Shown here: positions 43,868 to 55,748 of the stretch, piece by piece
Position numbering within the stretch: the stretch's first letter is position 1
Layout: the number at the start of each line of letters is the position of its first letter
Origin: Savitreella phatthalungensis
Taxonomy: Eukaryota
DNA length: 64,000 nucleotides
NCBI GenBank assembly: GCA_051599415.1
Contig: AP039705.1
Coordinates: forward strand, 124,001 to 188,000
Direction of reading: 5' to 3'
Made by a program: the position numbers and the translations under genes
Notes under the pieces: generated by a model
The model's database searches: none
Seen by the model: only the letters and a program-made list of their open reading frames with translations
Told to the model about the DNA's origin: nothing

Positions 43868-46800
43868 GCCGCCACGCCCATACATATTCATACACAGCAC
43901 GATGCGCAAGACGTGTATAGAACGTCTATAATGGTTTTTAACGATACAAATTCTTGCATCCTGTAAATCTCGTTTTCAGCTTTACCGTGTTTCGAATATG
44001 GCCACCCTGACGCGTAATGTTACCTTTTTTAACGAGAGATCTCCGGGGTCAACCAGCCACTTAGACTCCTCGCGGCACACGGTCACGGCGCTCGCCAACA
44101 GCGCTGGGTTTCTCTAGGGCGTGACATCAACGTATTGAAGTACGCTGTGCATCAAACGTTGGTGAGGGTCTGCCTCTCATCATTTGCATGCACCGACAAC
44201 GATTTGACCGGTGAGTCGGTGTAGTGTCAGAGAGCCGGCAAATCGGCCACCATTTCCCACACACGCCAACCTGCTTCCATAGACCAGGTCATTTGATTAG
44301 TTCGGCGCCGGGTAGCAGCCTACTGTGCATCAGTCCAGTCCACGTCTGTCAGGTGCACCACGTCCATGCAAAACATATGTTGTCACTCCCCAACACACAC
44401 ACACGATATGTATGCATGCAAGGACGACAGGCTCGGCATGGCCTATACACACACTCCCAGCCTGTGACCTTGGCACATGAACGATCTCGAGTTCGGTCTC
44501 CTGTGATCGACAGGTGGGCAGTCTGACACGCGCACCAGCGACACCGCCGCGCACGCGAAGCACCTTCTCCTCGAGGCCACCGGATCGTGCATTGTGTCTC
44601 CCCACCTGTCCACCACCATCGACGGACGCGACAGGCGCACCCTCAGGGAGTGGGGAGCGTGTGGTTGTTAGAGAGGTCAGGGCCGGTAGGATGTTGCCGG
44701 ATGACCGATGCCTGATCGATCGGCACGATCTGTCCGATTACGGGTAATTGTAAAGAACGGAAACACATGGGATTAGCGCTCCACTTCGCAGCCGACCTGC
44801 CCTGAATTGTTGCGGCTCACTAAGGTTAAAAACACGTAGGCGGCATTTTTACGGCTTCGCTGTGCTTTACTTTGGGTTTTTGAGACCACGCGAGGTGAAA
44901 AAAATAAGAATATTTTAGCACGGGAGCGCATACCTAAGCGGATGCAGGGAATTCAAGGATGAACAGAGGGGGCTCATGGCATCATCCTAGCCCGATGGAT
45001 GTTGGGTGGGTTATGTGGACTTGGCGGATGCTTTCATGCGATCGTTCCATCGATCCGTTGGGGTGCACGCGTGCAGATCAGAGCGGAGACGATCGATCTG
45101 GCGCGGATGTCGAGGATGTATAGTCGGTCCGTAACATCTATCCGCGTTGCACGCACTCACATTGATCGGTTCTATTGGTTTATTTCGGAAGACTGGTACG
45201 CGTGGTCGCTCTCGACCTAAGTTTACAGGCGATGCAGGAGTCGACGCATGAAACGGAGACTGTAGCTGGGTGACCTGATCATTCGCGGCGGACGCTAAGT
45301 GTTCGAAGCACAGGGATCACTCGTTTCAGATCTGGTGCATCTTGTTTCATGTTTGGTCTCCCTTGCAAGCCGAGATCGGCGTCATCTCACATAGTCACAT
45401 CGCAAGCGACGCGGAAGTGGGAATGACTCGATCCCGGATGTAGGCTTGGGTTCAGACCTGGTTCCATGTGTTCACCTCTATACTTGGCAAAACACCCGTG
45501 CCTGTCTGTGATGCACGCTATTTGTCCCAGGTGATGGTCATGGGTCGGCTCGCTTGCAGAGGTCACCTCACGCGTGGAGACAGTGCCAACAAAGGATCGA
45601 TGTGTGAACTTTGTGGGCGGAATGTGAAGACTGACTTGTGCATGATCGAGAGTGTATGGTGACCATGTGTCGGAGCACCATGGACAGGAGTTCCGATACA
45701 CAGTAATGTGATTCATCTCATCCGACTGCTTGATGTCCCACTAAAATTTGTCGAATTGACAGACCCATAATCCTCATTCTAGAGTCCTGGTTCTGGGGTC
45801 GACTCGCAGATGAAAGTATCTATGCTGCGTGAAACGTACAATGCACTCTTTCATTTATCTGAAGATTTCATTTGAGTTCATTCTACTTCATTTATTGGTT
45901 CATTCGCAGGTTCATTCACGCGAATGCCATGCCATGCGATGCCACGTCGAGTCCAGCTAGGTGTCCGAACCAGGAAAGATGCACGGAAGTCTAGAACAGA
46001 GTGGGTGAGCATCGGACTGAGATGATGATGACGACGATGACTCGGCTGGGACACCATCTTCTGCCCTACTGCCGATCGCTAAAAATCAAGGAGGTCACAG
46101 AGACAAATGCGTGCACGACACGCGAGATGTAAAGTCATGCCAAGGACTACGCGGACAAGACGATCGTGGAATTTAACCGACTGATGCTCGATTTGCATAC
46201 AGCTTCACAAAGCAGGAAGCCGAGCGCGGTCTAGGAAGAAGCCGATTCGGTCGTAGATGCTGTCGTGACACCTGACCTTATTGACCTTATTGGAGCAAGA
46301 TAGTGACGGGTTGTGTCAGTGTTGAGATTTGCAAGCGATGCATGAATGGAGCGTCGGGACATGCAATACGGGACCAATCTTTCACCAAGGGTTTCCAATG
46401 CACTCGGAGACGGAGGCGGAGGCGGAGGTTGAGCGGACGCGGATGATGCATGGCGATCTGCGTACGGCTTCAGAAAGAAGGCAAGAACGGAAAAGAAATG
46501 AGGATACGTTTCAAGGGGGTAAATCGGATCTGCTGAAACCATAAGAGATGTAAAGACAGACCGCGTATGCACACAGCTAGCGACAATCCGCTATGCTGAT
46601 CACACACGCACCCGTGCGCTACAGTCCGTAAGCGAACTTCGTCACCAGTCACGTTGCGCTTCTAGAGGCAAATGTAAGAGCGCACAATAAGGTTAGTGTG
46701 CGGATGCACTTGAAAACTAGTAGTGTTACTGGTTTCCTGCTGCGGTCAACGAGGCATTCAGCCTGCGTGTGGTCACCTGGTTCCAGGATTCAGTGCTGGC

Positions 46801-49800
46801 GGACTTTGTCGTCGGTGCTCTGCTCGCGTGCACATGCCAATTCTCCTGGCACTCCTACGATGCTGGGTAGCAGAACAGTGAGTAAAGGACAGGATCGTGA
46901 TCAAAGGATGTTGGCGCTCAGGCTCAATCACTGCTGGTAGATCTGGGTTGAGGTCATCCTTCTTTTCGGGACACCAACTTTTCAGCAACTTCAGTATTTT
47001 TCGTCTTCAAGCTGAACAGGATCTAGATTGTCGATCTCACACCCCGTTGGACGCTGATGGATGAGGACATTCTTCTTCCAACGCTGGCAGATCCACTACA
47101 TACGCGCCACAAGTAGCGCTACGGCTCCTCTTGCCGAATATCGCGCCTGCCCCTCTTTGTCTGTCCTGTCCCCAGCCATCGGAAGTTGCCTTTTTAATCG
47201 AATGAGCAAGGAAGAGCATGACCTGAAAACAGACCGCAAGCAGTAGGAGGATTTACAAAGAAAAATTGGACTTGTCTCAGTATGGCTATGCGGAAGACTT
47301 TCCCAAAAGTTGCCGCATTTTCAAGACGGACCGAAGGAAGCTCCGCTCAAGCGGATCATCCGAACTCAGCAACTTCATGCCCGACGGGGGGTATCAAGGC
47401 GGACGACGGTCTTAACTGACCTGTTCCACATCCATCTGAGAGAAGCGACCTGCAGCTATTCAATTGCATGAGGCTCTGACGCCGATCACCTTTCACTCTC
47501 CGTTTACCTTTCCTCCTGGACTGTAGATTTCCTCCCGCTTATCATGAGAGAGCCAATTTACCGTCTTGGATCAAACGCACCATGACATGGGATTGGTTGA
47601 ATTCCTGGTTTTCAGCCGACTTCGTCATCGTGGACCATATGGAAAATCGTTACCACAAGCTGAGTGTCCACGTCCGACTCTTCCGGCCCGACTAGAGACA
47701 AACTACGCACAAATTAAGTTCAATTAAGTTCAAATTTGGCGAGATCTCATCCGCGACAGGTCCCAATCGTGACCGGTCTTTGAATGTGGAGCTCACAGAG
47801 GACGAACCAACCAGCGATGACCACGCGCAGCTAAAAATCGTTGTCTTCACTTCCGTTCATCTTTGAGCTTAATGGAGGGCTGATGGATTGGTTGGATTGA
47901 CAACGCTGATGATCGGCTATGCTAGCCAGGTGTTCATTTAACTCCATTCTGATATCATCCTTTTCTCGAGACTTGATGGATGAAAGAGGCAACTTGGTCA
48001 AAGCCAATGGAGTTTCAATCACTTGCGTTTAGCCCAAGCCAATCTCGGCAGAATCCAGACTATAGTGTACTTTCAGGCATGGTACTCACATGGACGTCAA
48101 TCTTCAGACAATTCTCTGAGCCGAGATCTACGTTCCTCAAAAATTTCATCCGCTCGGGTTAATTTGCGCGCGTGACGACGAAAACGGGCCCCGCCTCGCG
48201 GTCATCCGATTGAGATCCCGCAACTCCTGCTGCCTGTTGCCCGCGTCCGAGTCAGCGTAGGAGGCTGACGAGCTCTTGGCTCCTCAATCGATGATCGTAT
48301 TATGACCTGACTCGGCAAAGTCGCGCGTATCTATTTCTGGTGTCACCAACGCTGGTATCGTCCCATCAGTCATGCTGGTACCTCGCCTCGATATGACCAC
48401 GATCATGTCATTGATGCAAATCCGATGACCGTATCGGCGTCTTTACGAAGCAAATTGAGACTGGGTAAGATTGAGGCAGAATGGCAGTCACTGCCTCGCT
48501 TGCTTCTGAGGGTCATCTCTTGGCAAGCCCTCGACTCCTCTGTGCAGATCGCTTTCAGAAGTGTTTCTCAGGCGGACTATGGCATTTCAGATGAATGCGC
48601 GCATGTATGAATGAATCTTGAGTCCGTGCGCAGTCTAGATGAACGGTTGGACTCATTCATGCTGAGCAAGGTAAGGAGCATCGAGAGAGACTTGGGCTAT
48701 GTCTCCTCATTCCTTGCATTCACATGATACCCCTTACCCGCGATGCCTTATGCCGGATGAAATCCAGGTCCGTTTCATTACTAGGTCCGTCTGTCTCAAG
48801 GCTCGGGAGATTCCATAATATCTGGACTCAAGAAAGCCACCTCCGCAACGCGTCCGCTTTCCTCCCTTTCATTATAATCCCAAATGCGCTACGCCAGGGA
48901 CGCCAATCTTTTTAGCGCATATGTGACGGAGATGTGAGGAAGGAGAAACGCCTCAAAAAATACTTTACCAATAATCCAGGGTTCGTTCCTCGGTCATCAA
49001 ACCTGCCGTAAGACAACGGACCAAGTGTCTAGGCGGTATGAATTGCAACTCGGGAGATGAGTCCGTACTTGGGTCCAGGAAAAGCGGAGAAGCTGGATAC
49101 AGTCAAAACAATCCAGACCTGTTGACGAGGCACGTCCATAGGACCATCGTCCTGCGTGGACTTTTCATTGTCTGTCTGCCACGCTGGCAATTTTACATCC
49201 CTCGCTCGCGCGATCATCTTCTCTTTGCCCTTCCTGGCTTTTACCCTCCTCAGTATCCTGAATCGCGCGTAGACGTTCCTTCATACTCGCTGCTGAAACC
49301 CGGTACGATGAAGCCAGCTCATTCGAAGCGCCATGCGCAGGTTTCATACATTGCTCGATGCTCTTGCCTGTGCCACCTGCCAGAATGCATTACCGGGATC
49401 GTCAATCCGCCAGACAATCATTCGTCGGAAGATACCCATCGACCAACTCTGGTCATTCTAGGTTTCGGTGATATTACTAGCGTCATCCTAAGCACAGCCC
49501 CGCCTATCTCAGCCAGGACCAAGAAAGCAAAGCTCAGATCAGCTCAGCTTGAGGCCGCAGGTCCGGTTTGCAAATCCAGGTTTTCTGTTCACTCGCCATG
49601 CTTTTGAGCGATTCATTGTTCGGATGACTCGCTCTCGGCCGCGCAGTCCATTCATTCCAGGGTGACATCGTAAACCCATAAGCCGCGGCAAAACAGGTTC
49701 CAAACTCTTGGTTCGTCATTCAATACGTGGCTTCTTCAGCTCCACCTTGGCCTACGATCGTACCATTGCCAGCTTGCGGCGCACATAGCAAAGCGTGCCA

Positions 49801-52242
49801 ATCATTAGCCTATCGCCAGCAGTGCAGCGAATACAGGACCGAAGACAACGCCCACCAGAGGAAAATCCAACTGACTCGATGGCTCGGTTCAGTGGTGGTC
49901 TGAATGACTTGTGGCTCGGGAAGAGCAGATGGAGCATGTGAACGAGATACTCTATGAATGAGCAAGATAGCCAGTCAGGGAAGAGATGCAGGCCATTTCC
50001 GCCTCGAGTCCGCGGACGGGAAGCCTGACCAGTCTAGTGTCGGTCAGAAGAATCGAGCCAGTAAAATGGGAGAGGAAGTTAAGCCTGAGCGGAGCGGCCG
50101 TGGCGGACGAGCAGCGGACAAGCCCTTGTAAGAGCAGCAAAGGAAAAGCAATGCCTGAGCGGAGGACAGAAAAGGGGGCGTCTGATCATCCTACCGCCAG
50201 CTGATTAGCCATCTGTTTGACCGCGGTTGACCAGACCAAAAGCCGTGTCCATCAATCCTTAGCATGTTTCTGCGTTCGTCCCTCGCTTGCTGATCTGAAT
50301 ACCACTGGCCCATATCGACCTGTACGTGCACGCGCAAAACGCCATCATCCGTTCGCTCACTCGCTCGCTCGTTTGCTCGACCTTCTCGATGCATTTGCCT
50401 TCCCCCTCTGGCTCGGCTTGGCTTGGCTTTCGTCCCTGTTGTCCTTGTTGAGCTTTACGTTCTCGCATGCCTCGCTCGGGTAGTGCCTGGATTTCTTGCT
50501 TCCTTTCTTGCAACGGACGATTGTAGACCTCCGGGCCCGGCCATAGCCTTCAGCTAAGCTTAGGCCCAAGTTTGAGCCTAAGCATGAGTTTGAAGGTGAG
50601 CTTGAGCATGAGCATGAGCCATAGTCTGAGCCTGCGTATGATGGGCATGAGTCTTGCTCCTTCATTCGATGATCATTCATTCATTCCATACCTGTCTGCT
50701 CACGGATCATGATCCTCGACCTTGCGTCTGACCTTGCACTCTCCCTCATACACTCTCTCACATCGTCCACACTCCCACTCTACCTCGTTCGCGCTCGCTC
50801 ATAAAGACGACACGACGCTTCAATCACTGGTCACACTTCTTCGTTCCAGTCGTCACGCACCCGACCACCCACGCATTCACGACAAGTCTCAGCCAAGCGT
50901 GTGCGTGACCACGTCTCGGAGAGCGAATTCTGCAGGCCGTGCTTTACAGTTGCCATAGTTGCTGCTACACCTTTCGTATCCTCTGCGGCTGGGTCAGAAA
51001 CTGCCAGTCACAGAGTCTACCCCACTCGACCTCATTCCTGTCTCTCCATCAGGACCCTTGACAGTCTCGAGACTTCTGACTAAACCAGACCCCTGTCTCG
51101 GTCTCAGCCTCCAGCATAGCAAGCGACACCACGCACACATTCTCTAACACACACTCTCTCGGATCTCCTACCGAGACGAGACGAGACAAGATACGACGGG
51201 ACTAGAAGCCTGTGCTCAGTTTCCGCGTTCAGCAAAGTCCATTCGTCTCATCCAAAGAGGACGTCAAGGGCTGAGATATAGCGCTTGCTTGACTTGGATC
51301 TCAAGCCGGATCCCGACCTTGTACTTTGAGCTCGGGCATCATCATCGGAATCACAGTCCGAGTACTCTGTCTGTGACTTTCTATTTACGTCACGTCCTCC
51401 TCTCACTCGCTCACATCGTCTTTCGGACGGTAGAGAAATCTCTGACACGCGCGACAAACAGATTCTTCTCCTACGCCTAGTCTCAGACACCCATCTACAA
51501 GTCCCGATCTCGGTCGCTTTTGGTCACCTAAGCGTTGACGCACGCGCTCACAAGATCACACGCACACACATACACAAATCTTCACGTCCTCACACGCTCA
51601 CACGCTCACGCGCTCATACGCACATACGTAACTAACTTTACGCACGTTTGTTTGAGCCCACACCCGCTTTGTTGCTCGCTCTTACACCACACTGCGCCGC
51701 GCCAAGATACTCCGCTCCGTGGCGTTGCACTGCTCGGATCTCAACACGCTACCCGAACAGCAACACCGAGTGATATCAAAGCCAAGGCTTGTCTATCCAA
51801 CCATTTGACCACGCTCTCACGCACGCACGCAACCGGTCAAGCTTCTGGTCATCCGCACTCGCGTGTCGACAATCTCATCTCGCCTACTAGATTTGCCAAA
51901 GACGGGAAGCAGGGGGAAAGTCAACGCCGGGCACGCAGACACGACCACCACGCGCGCGCATCTGGCCACGACCTTATTTCCTCGTTACCCATCGCTAGGT
52001 CTTCTTATTTGGCCTTTCGATCCTCGCTCCGGCTTCCGCTCGGGTCAAGACCGACAAGCGGCCATTCCCGACTTCCGGATCCGAGATTTCCTCAGAAGAG
52101 CTGAGCTGGATCCAGGACTCTGATCGCGCGACGAACGACATATATACGCTCTTCCACGCGCGTCCAAGCGAAGTTTGCAGACGACTCTGTGAAGCTCGCT
52201 TGACAACGAGTCCACAACAACCTTAATCTGCGCATCGCCATA

Positions 52243-53892
52243 ATGGACGGCTTGGTGACGCCGCCATTCTCTGATAACGGCGCAAACACAACCACCACTA
52301 TCAACAGTAGAAACAACAGCAAAGTGTCATCATCGATGACAACAGCTTCCTCAGCAGCCGCCGCTGCTGCAAACGCTGCAACGGCCTCGAAAAGACCACA
52401 TCACCTGCGATCACAGTCACAAACTCGTACACCAGTAGAACCTGTGATGGACTTATATCGTCCGTCGACCCGTGCAGATGCATCGATCGCTGATCTTTGC
52501 GCACAGACGGTTTGCTTCCTCTGGTTTGAGTCGCTGGCGACACTCCACGAGGCCGCACACACCACTTTCCCGGTCACCAGGCTACCACAGATGGACGCCT
52601 TGGCCAAGCGTGAATTCGTCAATTGGACACGTACTGTGCTACAGACGACGCAGGTGTCTTCTAATGTTGTCATTCTCGCCATGCTGTACATTTATCGGCT
52701 TAAGCTGGCTAATCCTGGCGTTCGCGGTAAGGCCGGAAGCGAATATCGACTGCTGACTGTGGCGCTCATGCTTGGCAACAAGTTCCTCGACGATAACACT
52801 TACACCAACAAGACCTGGAGCGATGTCACGGCAATTCCGGTGCGCGAAATTCATCTGATGGAGGTCGAGTTTTTGTCCAACATGCGCTACCAGCTCAACG
52901 TCACCGCCGAAGAGTGGCGCTTCTGGCTGTCCAAGATCAATGCGTTTAAGACATACGCAGCATGCCAGCGACAGCTGCTGCTCGTCGACCCGACCGACCA
53001 TGCCGCGGTTGTTGGCTTGCCATCGCCGCCACACTTCATCGATGCAAACGCAATGGGCCTGGAGCCAGCGTCTGCATCAATTGGAGGTCTTGCCGGATCT
53101 GCCCGCAAGCGCTCATTCGAGTCAGACATCTCCTCCGACCACTCGGTCAAACGTATCATGTCTCAGCCAACCACGCCGAGACGCAGCACGCGTCGCAACA
53201 TAGCCATGCCGCAATACGTCCTGCACCCGCTCGCACCCCAAGGCCTTCCGCCGATGCAGGGCACTATTCTTTCGAATTCCGGCATGCCAGTCTTCATGCC
53301 TGGCCAGCCACCCGCCATCACAGCTGCCACAGTCGCTGCTGCTGCTGCCGCACAGAACTCGGCCATCCATCACGGTCAAGGACATGCGCAACAACAACAG
53401 CAGCAGCAGCGCTCGGGAGCACGGCCAGTCACGCGCTCGTCCTCGGGACTGCTCGCCCCGCAGCAGCAACATCTTCACGCCACTGCCCCAGCCTTCTCGC
53501 CACTCTCCCTCTCGCTCGGTCGATCGCCGGGTGGAAACGGGATGACTGGTGGGTCTCCCGCACTTTCGCCGGTATCGCGATACTCGCTTGATTCAATGGC
53601 TCGCGTTGCAGCACACCACCAGATGCTTCAGCACCACCCCCATCACTCGCAGTCTCAAAATCTGGCCACGCAGTCTGCAGCCCACCCTGCCGGCATCCGT
53701 CATTCGCCCTACGGACCAGCCCAACCGGTTCACACCCTCGTCACACGCTACATGCCTCCTGACCCGGCACAGATGGTCCACCGTCCGGAAGAGCTCTGGT
53801 ACCAACCACTCTCACGCGACACCGAAGTCGTCCGACGCGGAAGGGTGCCGTATGCTCGCGTATCCCCGCTCCGTCGCCCGAGTGCATACTGA
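52243..53892 (+). CDS. CLG1: Pho85-type cyclin, Clg1/Mug80-like
   Basis: AQTVCFLWFE, VLQTTQVS.NVVILAMLYIYRLK, GSEYRLLTVALMLGNKFLDDNTYTNKTW, MEVEFLSNMRY; long disordered C-terminus. Confidence 0.9.
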   Translation: MDGLVTPPFSDNGANTTTTINSRNNSKVSSSMTTASSAAAAAANAATASKRPHHLRSQSQTRTPVEPVMDLYRPSTRADASIADLCAQTVCFLWFESLATLHEAAHTTFPVTRLPQMDALAKREFVNWTRTVLQTTQVSSNVVILAMLYIYRLKLANPGVRGKAGSEYRLLTVALMLGNKFLDDNTYTNKTWSDVTAIPVREIHLMEVEFLSNMRYQLNVTAEEWRFWLSKINAFKTYAACQRQLLLVDPTDHAAVVGLPSPPHFIDANAMGLEPASASIGGLAGSARKRSFESDISSDHSVKRIMSQPTTPRRSTRRNIAMPQYVLHPLAPQGLPPMQGTILSNSGMPVFMPGQPPAITAATVAAAAAAQNSAIHHGQGHAQQQQQQQRSGARPVTRSSSGLLAPQQQHLHATAPAFSPLSLSLGRSPGGNGMTGGSPALSPVSRYSLDSMARVAAHHQMLQHHPHHSQSQNLATQSAAHPAGIRHSPYGPAQPVHTLVTRYMPPDPAQMVHRPEELWYQPLSRDTEVVRRGRVPYARVSPLRRPSAY

Positions 53893-54281
53893 TTCGGCCC
53901 CGGTAATCGTGTAGTCCTTACACCTACCGACATTGGGTACCCACTTTAACACACACCCATACTCCCACGCTTATATCCACACGAACTTTCTTATCATGAC
54001 TCAAACGACCATGACATCTCTAGGAGTTCAGAGTCCAGACTCGTACGTAGCCTCCATTTTCATGTCTTAACGAGAATCCTCACCCACCCATATCGATCCA
54101 GTGTACTGGTAATGAAATTTTGCACGTGAATCTGAAAAGTGGTTTGAGCACATCATCTGCACGTGAACTACGTATGTGATCGGATGGAGATATGCACACG
54201 ACATCAATCTCCTGAAGTGGATTGTTGACGTCAACGGTGCACTTCTACACTCTCTCACTTATGGTCTAGCTTTCTGATCCG

Positions 54282-55508
54282 ATGTGTAGACTGCTCATCT
54301 ACTCCGGCAAGCAGCCAATCGTTCTAGCAGACATCCTCACTCGACCGTCACACTCGATCATCAACCAGGCGTTCGACTCGCGATTGCGAATCGATACGCG
54401 CCGGGGTCCCATAAACGGTGATGGCTTTGGCGTTGGATGGTATTCGGACGAGGCGTGTCAATCGCCTACACAGAGTGCACCTCTATCACCAAGGACAGCA
54501 TCAGCGGGTGCATCAGAGATAGAGGAAACCCGAACTGTTTCTGGCACAGGACCAGGCCCGTGCATCTTCACCAGCATCTCGCCAGCCTGGAATAATGCCA
54601 ATCTCGCTCGTCTCGCTGACAAGACTCGGTCTCGATTGATCTTCGGCCACGTCCGTGCATCCACGGCAGGAGTCCTGGCGGAAGTGAACTGCCACCCGTT
54701 TCAATACGGGCGTCTGATGTGGATGCACAACGGTGGAATTGCGGGATGGGAGAAAGTCAAGAGACGGTTACAGATGTCAGTACGGGAGGAGTACTTTCTA
54801 TGGATGCAAGGAAGCACCGACTCGGAGTGTGCGTTCGCCTTGTTCCTCGACAAGCTGCACTCGCTCGGAAGACGGCCACTCGCAGAGCACGAGGACACAG
54901 ATGCCTCCCGACCTTCACCCTACGATGCGAAGACCCTCAGACAAGCCCTTCTGGACACGATTGCAGCTATCAACGACGCTACAGAAGCTGCGGGTGTTCA
55001 AGAACCCTCGCTTCTCAACTTTGCCGTTACAGACGGTACCCACACCGTTTGTAGTCGGTACGTTTCATCTAGGACGGACGAGGCCGCGTCGCTATTCTTC
55101 TCCTCAGGGACCTCATTTCACAGGTACGACAGCGAGCGCGGACTGTACCGGATGGACCGGCGGGACAAGGGCCAGGATATGGTGCTTGTGTCGAGTGAGC
55201 CACTGACGTTCGAGCGTGCAGACTGGGTCACCGTCCCCACAAACGCCGTCCTCACCATTGCCCACGCGAACGTCCTCCTACATCCGATCGTTGACAAGTA
55301 CTACGTCGACCGTGCATCCCACGTCAGAAACGATCGCTTCGCAGCATCAAAGGGGCTACTTTCCACATCCTCCGCCATCGATGGCGCAGAGAAGGAGACA
55401 GGCGAAGTACTCAGGGCAGGCAGTCTCTCTATTGCCTCAGGCGTCAACGGTTCAAGCTCCTCCGCTGTCGTCGACGCTACTTCACCCAGATCTCAGCCGG
55501 TTGTCTGA
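54282..55508 (+). CDS. DUG3: Class II glutamine amidotransferase-like peptidase Dug3 (glutathione degradation)
   Basis: MCR (Cys2 nucleophile), HSIINQ.FDSRLR, NGDGFGVGWY, PAWNN.NL, GHVRAS, NCHPF, MHNG, GSTDSE, SLLNFAVTDG, SEPLTFER.DW. Confidence 0.93.
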   Translation: MCRLLIYSGKQPIVLADILTRPSHSIINQAFDSRLRIDTRRGPINGDGFGVGWYSDEACQSPTQSAPLSPRTASAGASEIEETRTVSGTGPGPCIFTSISPAWNNANLARLADKTRSRLIFGHVRASTAGVLAEVNCHPFQYGRLMWMHNGGIAGWEKVKRRLQMSVREEYFLWMQGSTDSECAFALFLDKLHSLGRRPLAEHEDTDASRPSPYDAKTLRQALLDTIAAINDATEAAGVQEPSLLNFAVTDGTHTVCSRYVSSRTDEAASLFFSSGTSFHRYDSERGLYRMDRRDKGQDMVLVSSEPLTFERADWVTVPTNAVLTIAHANVLLHPIVDKYYVDRASHVRNDRFAASKGLLSTSSAIDGAEKETGEVLRAGSLSIASGVNGSSSSAVVDATSPRSQPVV

Positions 55509-55748
55509 GGGTTGTTGCCGCTTGCCTCGAAGGGAGCCTCAGTCAGCCAGTGGCACATCTAGTGTGGCTGGTGTGAGGCTGACGTCATGTCACTTCGCCG
55601 GCCCCGTGCGCGCGCCAAAGTCGTTCTTCAGATGCATGTTCGCGCATACATCCGTATGTGTGGCCTGGCCGTCGTGTGACTCAACAAGGCATCATAGGAC
55701 TCCACCTCCGGCATCTCCATGACACGACATTGGCGGTATCGCAGATAG

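Noticed and set aside
44700..45330. Structured ncRNA (tRNA, RNase P/MRP, telomerase RNA)
   Set aside because: Only a weak hairpin near 44985-45015 and a GTTCGAA; no cloverleaf, conserved boxes or template could be built by eye. An Rfam scan would be decisive.
47380..48175. Protein-like + strand frame with several stops (possible pseudogene)
   Set aside because: Stop density is not clearly below random expectation and no family motif was recognised.
46231..52104. ORFs 46231-46572, 49038-49607 and 51535-52104 in the gene desert
   Set aside because: No motifs, low-complexity or random-like composition, and two begin at non-ATG codons.
39816..55508. Ergothioneine cluster (EGT2-like plus DUG3, which shares the EgtC fold)
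   Set aside because: The genes are 13 kb apart with unrelated genes between, no Egt1 is present, the fungal pathway needs no EgtC, and the protein has Dug3-specific motifs.
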